From Candidatus Woesebacteria bacterium RIFCSPHIGHO2_01_FULL_39_32 (GTDB taxonomy: Bacteria; Patescibacteriota; Microgenomatia; UBA8517): a stretch of 64,000 nt of DNA. Made by a program: the position numbers and the translations under genes. Positions within the stretch are counted from its first letter, which is position 1, and each line of letters starts with the position of its first letter. The DNA is taken from contig MGGJ01000001.1 in assembly GCA_001792345.1 (NCBI GenBank), forward strand, positions 153,710-217,709, read 5' to 3'. This document shows positions 58,716-64,000 of the stretch, piece after piece. Under the pieces are notes generated by a model. That model did not search any database and was not told the DNA's origin. It was given only the letters and a program-made list of their open reading frames with translations.

Positions 58716-60345
58716 CAAAATTAGCTTTGTTTTTGTTTTTTTATTTGGATTAGGAACAATTTTGCGAGTATGGAACTTGGGAGGGTTGCCTTGGGGGTTT
58801 TTCCGCGATGAAGCAGCGTTGGGATATAACGCCTATTCGATTTGGTTAACCGGAAAGGATGAATTCGGAATTTCATTTCCGCTAGTTTTCAGATCTTTTG
58901 AGGTATTTTTCTTGCCCTTATATGTTTATCTTTCGGCTCCTATTGTCGGAGTTTTTGGCTTAAATGACTTTACTTCAAGATTTCTTTCAAGCGTGTCAGG
59001 AATTGTAGCTTTATATTTCATATATTTAATCGGAAAAAAAATCTGGAACAAAGAAACAGGAATATTTACTCTTTTTGTTTTGGTAATTTCGCCATGGCAT
59101 ATTTTCTATAGTCGTGGTGCTTTTGAAGGAAATTTAGCACTCACACTTTTTACCGCAGGATTTTATTTTTGGATAAGTTTCCTGAAAGAGAAGACAGGTA
59201 ATAATTTTTTTATTTCTACACTTCTGTTTACCTTATCAATGTATTCTTATCAAGCTGAGCGTTTGGTTGTCCCTCTTTTTGCATTAATTTCTGTTTCTTT
59301 GGTTGCTAAAGATTTATGGAGGGTTAAACAAAAACTTATTTTCCCTTCAATTTTAACCCTTTTTCTGCTGATACCACTTTTATTTATTTCATTTAAAGCG
59401 GGTGGATATCACAGAGTATTTGGAGTAAGTGTCTTTAGTAAAGAGGGGGCGCCTCCTGGATGGATTGAAGGAAATAATGCTAGTTTTTTCGTGAACAACA
59501 ACGTATACCTTCGGGGGAAACAAATATTATCTTTGTATGCTTCCTATTTTTCTCCAAGAAACTTGTTTTTTGAAGGCGATTTCGATAAACAGAGATCAGT
59601 AGAAAATTATAGCGTGTTCTACTCGTTCTTTTTACCATTTTTAGTTATTGGTTTATTCTCTCTTACTAAAAAATCAAAGATAGAAGAAAAATTAATCCTA
59701 ACCTGGATGTTTCTAGGACCATTGCCCGCCTCTTTTACAGCCGATCCCTTTCATACTTACAGATCTTTGATGTTTTATATGCCGCTTACAATAATCATCG
59801 GGCGAGGTTTTTATGTGTTTTTCCAGGATGTTAAAAAACTATTTTTCTGGAGGAATTTATTTTTAATAGGATTAGTAAGCGTTTCCGTGCTTAACCTGTT
59901 GTTGTTTTTATATAACTACACGATCCTTACGCAAGTTACCAGGGCATCTTATTGGGATTATGGTTATAGGCAATTAGTCACTTATATCAATTCTTTAGAC
60001 ATTAGGGGGCAAGTAGTAGTCGATGATCCATCAACCGAAGCCTATATTCACTTTTTGTTTTTTGGAAAGGTAGAACCAATCTCTTATCACCAAGAAGTTA
60101 CAAATCTTGGACCTCTCGATTACTACTACACTAATCCAGCCGAAATTCGGCCGAACAAAATCGGCAATATTGAGTTTCGTAAAATCGACTGGCCGAAAGA
60201 AAGGGGCGATTCGGGTAACATTTTTGTTTTTGCAAAGGGTTTGTTGCCGGAAAGTGAGTATGTTACTGATCCGAAAGTTGAGCTTTTGACGAAAATAAAA
60301 TATCCTGATGGAACTGACGCTTTTACAATTTTAAAAATAAAGTGA
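58702..60345 (+). CDS. ArnT/PMT-like (GT83/GT39) GT-C glycosyltransferase
   Basis: LR.W.L...P.G...DEA..GYNAYSI..TGKDE.G, P.Y.Y, FGLN.F..R, SPWH..YSR..FE, SYFSP..LFF.GD. Confidence 0.8.
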   Translation: MTRINKISFVFVFLFGLGTILRVWNLGGLPWGFFRDEAALGYNAYSIWLTGKDEFGISFPLVFRSFEVFFLPLYVYLSAPIVGVFGLNDFTSRFLSSVSGIVALYFIYLIGKKIWNKETGIFTLFVLVISPWHIFYSRGAFEGNLALTLFTAGFYFWISFLKEKTGNNFFISTLLFTLSMYSYQAERLVVPLFALISVSLVAKDLWRVKQKLIFPSILTLFLLIPLLFISFKAGGYHRVFGVSVFSKEGAPPGWIEGNNASFFVNNNVYLRGKQILSLYASYFSPRNLFFEGDFDKQRSVENYSVFYSFFLPFLVIGLFSLTKKSKIEEKLILTWMFLGPLPASFTADPFHTYRSLMFYMPLTIIIGRGFYVFFQDVKKLFFWRNLFLIGLVSVSVLNLLLFLYNYTILTQVTRASYWDYGYRQLVTYINSLDIRGQVVVDDPSTEAYIHFLFFGKVEPISYHQEVTNLGPLDYYYTNPAEIRPNKIGNIEFRKIDWPKERGDSGNIFVFAKGLLPESEYVTDPKVELLTKIKYPDGTDAFTILKIK

Positions 60346-61184
60346 AAATTTGGGCACATAGCTTGGTACGCAATGAAGAGAGATATTTGTGGTTTGCAGT
60401 AACGAGTGTAATCGATTATGTGTACAAAGTTTTATTGTGGGATACGGGAAGCAGTGATAATACGCTTAACATTATTCGTGAGCTTCGAAAGGCTTTTCCC
60501 AACAAGATAGATTTTAAGCAGGTTAGAGAAGTTGATAAGGATAAATTTACTTTGATGCGGCAAAAAATGTTAGATCAAACGAAATCGGATTGGGTGATTC
60601 TAGTTGATGGGGACGAGGTATGGTGGGATGATTCGATCAAAAAAATAGTTGAAACCATCCACTCAAAAGGGAATTCCCTTGAAACACTTGTCCATGGTTA
60701 CTATAACGTCATCGGCGACATTTATCATTACCAGGAGGAGAAAGCGGGAAGATATACAATTGATGGCCATGTGGGTCACCTAACAATTCGCGCAATTAAT
60801 CAAAAAATTCCCGGACTCCACTTCGGAAAACCCCACGGCCAACAGGGCATTTTCGATTCAAAGGAAAGATTAATTCAAGACCGTGACAAGAAGAAAAGAT
60901 TTTTTATAGATGAAAAGCTTTATTTACACTTTACCCACATGATTCGCTCCTCATCGTTAAAAGACGATTTAAAGGTAATGAAAAGGGATATTAAAGCAAA
61001 ACACGAATTAGGCACACCATTTCCTTTGGATTTTTACTATCCGGAAGTTTTTTTCAAACCAAGACCCGATATTGTTCATCTTCCCTGGAGCAAAATGGGT
61101 TCAAGATATTTTCTAAGAGCATTTTTTGAGACACCGCTTCGTAAATTTAAAAGGAGAGTGTTTAAAGGTAAAAGTGGATATTAA
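60342..61184 (+). CDS. GT2 glycosyltransferase
   Basis: V.NEE, DTGS.D.T, R...L.....DW....DGDE; GTG start overlapping the upstream TGA. Confidence 0.85.
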   Translation: MKIWAHSLVRNEERYLWFAVTSVIDYVYKVLLWDTGSSDNTLNIIRELRKAFPNKIDFKQVREVDKDKFTLMRQKMLDQTKSDWVILVDGDEVWWDDSIKKIVETIHSKGNSLETLVHGYYNVIGDIYHYQEEKAGRYTIDGHVGHLTIRAINQKIPGLHFGKPHGQQGIFDSKERLIQDRDKKKRFFIDEKLYLHFTHMIRSSSLKDDLKVMKRDIKAKHELGTPFPLDFYYPEVFFKPRPDIVHLPWSKMGSRYFLRAFFETPLRKFKRRVFKGKSGY

Positions 61185-61186
61185 TT

Positions 61187-63076
61187 CTAATCGAAGAAAT
61201 TTTTAAACCAAAGCTCAAGTGTAAGAAGAGACCAAAGTTTTGGACCAAAATCTGTTTTTTCAGTATGGCTTTTTAGCATTCTTTTGATTTCCTTCTGGTT
61301 AAATAAGTTTCTGGTCTTGGCATTTTTGTCCAATAAAACAGATTCGGAATATTTATTAAGCTTGCCTGTAAACCACTTATCAAGTGGAATGCTAAAACCA
61401 ACTTTCTTTCTGTACAGATTATCGTAGGGGACAAGATCCTCTAAAGCTTTTTTGAGAATATATTTATTAACTTTGAAATTTCGGACCTTTAAGTCAAAAG
61501 GAATCTGGCATGCAAGTTCAACTACCTTGTGGTCTATGAAAGGAGAACGCGCTTCCAATCCGACACTCATGGATGCGATATCTACTTTGACCAATAAGTC
61601 TTCGGGGAGATATTTAGTTAAGTCCCAGTACAAAGCTTCGTCTCTCGGGTCGATGTAGCCTGAATCTTTAAAGACATTTCTGACAATTTCATAGGAACTT
61701 TGTCCGCCGGCATTGTCAGTAAAATAGCTAAGAGCAAGTTTTTGCTTGTCGGTTTCGCTGAAATACTCTACGTAAGAGGCAAAGCGATCAGCCAAAGGAA
61801 GCATGGATTTTTGTAAAAATTTCCCCGATCGAAGCCAAAATTTACTTGCTATGTGTGTTCCCGAAAGAAGTGACGAAAGTGGGATTCCGACAGGTCTGAT
61901 AATTTTTTCGATGTGATCAAGAAAAACATCCCTTGCTATTCGCCTATATCTGTCATAGCCGGCAAAAAGCTCGTCTCCTCCGTCGCCATTTAATGCAACT
62001 GTAACCTCGGATCTGGCGAGCTTGCTAACCATGTAAGTTACAACAGAACTTGCGTCAGCATAGGGTTCTTCATACTGATATACAAGTTCTGGGAGAATTT
62101 CGATATTTTCCGGTTCAACAAAAATTTCCGAATGGTCAGTATTATACATTTTTGAAATCCTTTGTGCATATTCTGATTCGTCGTAAACTTTATCTTTAAA
62201 TCCGATGGTAAAGGTTCGAACGGGTTTTTTAGAATATCTGGCCATTAATGCTACTACGGCACTTGAATCAACCCCTCCGGATAAAAATGCACCCAGTGGA
62301 ACATCAGAGATGAGCCTTAACTTAGTAGCTTCGGCTAATTCATTTACTATCATATCTTTCCACTCATTTTCTGATAAATACAATTTTTTGGAAAAGTCGG
62401 GTTCCCAGTATTGCCTTTTTACGAGGTTTCTTTTTTTCAGATCCAATATAAGATAATGTCCCGGTTCCAGTTTATTTATTCCCACAAAACCAGTTCGAGG
62501 CGGGTGAATATACCCGAATGTTAGATAATGGTATATTGCTTCATAATCAGGAGTCCTTTTTACTTCTTTTTGTGTAATAATAGCTTTTAGCTCAGAGGCA
62601 AAAATAAATGTATTGCCGTCAATAAAATATTTGAGAGGCTTTTTGCCGATTCTATCTCTAGCCAGAAAAAGCGAATTTTGTTTTTCATCGTAAATTGCAA
62701 AAGCGAACATGCCCCGAAGGTGATTTAAACATTTGACTCCGAATTTAGCATATAGAGCCAATATAACCTCAGTATCTGTATTAGATTTGAACTTAACCCC
62801 CTCTCTTTGCAGTCTTTTCTTTAAACTTTGAAAATTATAAATTTCACCGTTGAAAGTGATCCAATATCGATTGTTAAATTGCATGGGTTGATGCCCCTTA
62901 GCAGATAAGTCAATAATTGCTAATCGTCTGTTTACTAAGCCAACCTTTTTGTTTTGGGAGATATATATGCCTTGGTCATCCGGTCCTCTGTGGACAATTT
63001 TTTTAGCCATAGCTAACAACTCTTTTTCCTGGAGAATCAGACTATTAAAGTAAATTTTACCTGCAATTCCACACAT
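61187..63076 (-). CDS. asnB: Asparagine synthetase (glutamine-hydrolysing)-family amidotransferase
   Basis: MCGIAG, HRGPD, RLAIIDL, NGEIYN, RDR.G.KPL, LSGGVDSS, GDGGDELF.GY, EAR.PF.D, R.K.GF. Confidence 0.9.
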   Translation of the reverse strand: MCGIAGKIYFNSLILQEKELLAMAKKIVHRGPDDQGIYISQNKKVGLVNRRLAIIDLSAKGHQPMQFNNRYWITFNGEIYNFQSLKKRLQREGVKFKSNTDTEVILALYAKFGVKCLNHLRGMFAFAIYDEKQNSLFLARDRIGKKPLKYFIDGNTFIFASELKAIITQKEVKRTPDYEAIYHYLTFGYIHPPRTGFVGINKLEPGHYLILDLKKRNLVKRQYWEPDFSKKLYLSENEWKDMIVNELAEATKLRLISDVPLGAFLSGGVDSSAVVALMARYSKKPVRTFTIGFKDKVYDESEYAQRISKMYNTDHSEIFVEPENIEILPELVYQYEEPYADASSVVTYMVSKLARSEVTVALNGDGGDELFAGYDRYRRIARDVFLDHIEKIIRPVGIPLSSLLSGTHIASKFWLRSGKFLQKSMLPLADRFASYVEYFSETDKQKLALSYFTDNAGGQSSYEIVRNVFKDSGYIDPRDEALYWDLTKYLPEDLLVKVDIASMSVGLEARSPFIDHKVVELACQIPFDLKVRNFKVNKYILKKALEDLVPYDNLYRKKVGFSIPLDKWFTGKLNKYSESVLLDKNAKTRNLFNQKEIKRMLKSHTEKTDFGPKLWSLLTLELWFKNFFD

Positions 63077-63087
63077 AACCTTTGCGA

Positions 63088-63163
63088 TTACCTAGCCAGA
63101 GGTCCTGTGAGGTAAGTCCTTCAGGGCATAAACTGGGGGGAGGAGTACGAAAAGTATTGCCTC
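63088..63163. other. GC-rich intergenic stem-loop region between the divergent asnB and methyltransferase genes
   Basis: ccag..gtcctg.gagg-taagt-cctt.cagggc..ctgg hairpin, then gaggagtac-gaaaa-gtattgcctc. Confidence 0.4.
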
Positions 63164-63235
63164 GAATACCTCTCGAATTAATGATCTAACTAAAAACCTA
63201 TTCAGTCAATTGGTAAAAAGCTATAATTCAAAGAT

Positions 63236-63916
63236 ATGGATAAAGTCGGGGAATATACGTTACAAATAATGAAATTGGCGGGTTGGTATAACAACTGGCT
63301 GTTTTCTCTTGTTAAGCCTTACTTAAAGGGTAAGATACTGGAAGTTGGCACAGGCATCGGAAACTTCACTTACCTACTGGCCAAAGAGGGAGAGGTTACT
63401 TCTATTGATATAGATAAAGTTTATATCAATAAGTTAAAAAAAAGCGTATCAATTAAGGTCGGTTATGGCGATATTGAAAAAGGAACATACTTTTTTTCGA
63501 AGAAGAAATTTGATTGTATTGTTTGTATGAATGTCTTGGAACATATAAAAAATGATTCTGTTGCACTTGAAAACATGCTTAGTCTTCTAAAACCCAAAGG
63601 AAGATTAATTCTTCTCATTCCGGCCCATAAGTTTGCATATGGGAGATTGGATAAAAATTTAGGCCATTATAGAAGATATTCCAAAGGGGAAATTGTATTA
63701 AAGTTGGTTGGTTCGGGTTTCAAAGTAAAAAAATTAAATTTTTTAAACTTTTTCGGCATAGTTGGATGGTTTTTGAATTCAAGGTTATTAAAACGAGATG
63801 TGTTGCCAAGTAGTCAACTAAGAATTTTTGATTTAATTTCAAGGCCGTTTCTTTTTGTCGAAAAATTTATAGAACCTCGGATGGGATTATCAATCCTTGT
63901 CGTGGCGGAAAAATGA
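63236..63916 (+). CDS. Class I SAM-dependent methyltransferase
   Basis: ILEVGTGIG, FD.IV..NVLEH, LLKP.G...L.PA, D..LGHYRRY. Confidence 0.9.
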   Translation: MDKVGEYTLQIMKLAGWYNNWLFSLVKPYLKGKILEVGTGIGNFTYLLAKEGEVTSIDIDKVYINKLKKSVSIKVGYGDIEKGTYFFSKKKFDCIVCMNVLEHIKNDSVALENMLSLLKPKGRLILLIPAHKFAYGRLDKNLGHYRRYSKGEIVLKLVGSGFKVKKLNFLNFFGIVGWFLNSRLLKRDVLPSSQLRIFDLISRPFLFVEKFIEPRMGLSILVVAEK

Positions 63917-64000
63917 AATTATCAATTATTATTCCAGTTTTTAACGAGGAAAAAACAATCTTTGAAATTATAAAAAAGGTAAAAAAAGTTGAACTTCCGG
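63913..64000 (+). CDS. GT2 (DPM1-like) glycosyltransferase, 3'-truncated
   Basis: MKLSIIIPVFNEEKTIFEII..V; ATGA overlap; runs off the window. Confidence 0.75.
   Translation, partial: MKLSIIIPVFNEEKTIFEIIKKVKKVELP

Noticed and set aside
3832-62456. Many 60-110 aa ORFs in the six-frame track (e.g. 3832, 6834, 16102, 35255, 56880, 62205)
   Set aside because: They lie antisense or out of frame within well-supported genes and have no motifs; treated as shadow ORFs.
61187-63076. asnB as an asparagine-biosynthesis or lasso-peptide cyclase gene
   Set aside because: It has an intact N-terminal glutaminase Cys, no precursor or peptidase nearby, and a glycan-locus context that favours sugar-acid amidation.
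63088-63163. SRP RNA or a known riboswitch
   Set aside because: No SRP domain IV GNRA-loop motif and no recognisable aptamer consensus.
1-64000. CRISPR array, tRNA, rRNA, integron attC sites, DGR
   Set aside because: No regularly spaced 25-45 bp repeats, cloverleafs, rRNA-like tracts, integrase, reverse transcriptase or TR/VR pair seen by eye; the repeats found are only short micro-arrays and hairpins.

Overview
AT-rich, densely packed bacterial DNA with many 1-14 nt gene overlaps and few Shine-Dalgarno sites. Gene content and style suggest a Patescibacteria/CPR (Microgenomates-like) genome; this is inference, as no marker gene is present. 1-8.7 kb: a truncated hypothetical gene, a REP-associated HUH/Y1 tyrosine transposase (RAYT) with flanking and internal palindromes, an unusual VKOR-dihydroorotate dehydrogenase fusion, and a string of small flavin, redox and hydrolase genes. 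8.8-64 kb: a very large surface-glycosylation locus (>55 kb, running off the 3' end). It holds about 15 GT2/GT4 glycosyltransferase domains, about 8 polytopic GT-C-type proteins, 2 Wzx-like flippases, about 8 class I methyltransferase domains, nucleotide-sugar enzymes (a plant-like GDP-mannose 3,5-epimerase, an RGP/UDP-arabinopyranose-mutase-like protein, a short UDP-sugar dehydrogenase), a BcbE/BcbF-like nucleotidyltransferase-kinase-phosphatase triad, a NodU/CmcH O-carbamoyltransferase, an embedded ornithine carbamoyltransferase and an AsnB-type amidotransferase. Best candidates for novelty: the VKOR-PyrD fusion; OTC as a dedicated carbamoyl-phosphate supply for glycan carbamoylation; a plant-type furanose pathway feeding AftD-like GT-C enzymes; and small palindromic or heptamer repeats inserted in frame into coding regions. 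No rRNA, tRNA or CRISPR array was seen. All family assignments come from motif recognition by eye, not from database searches.
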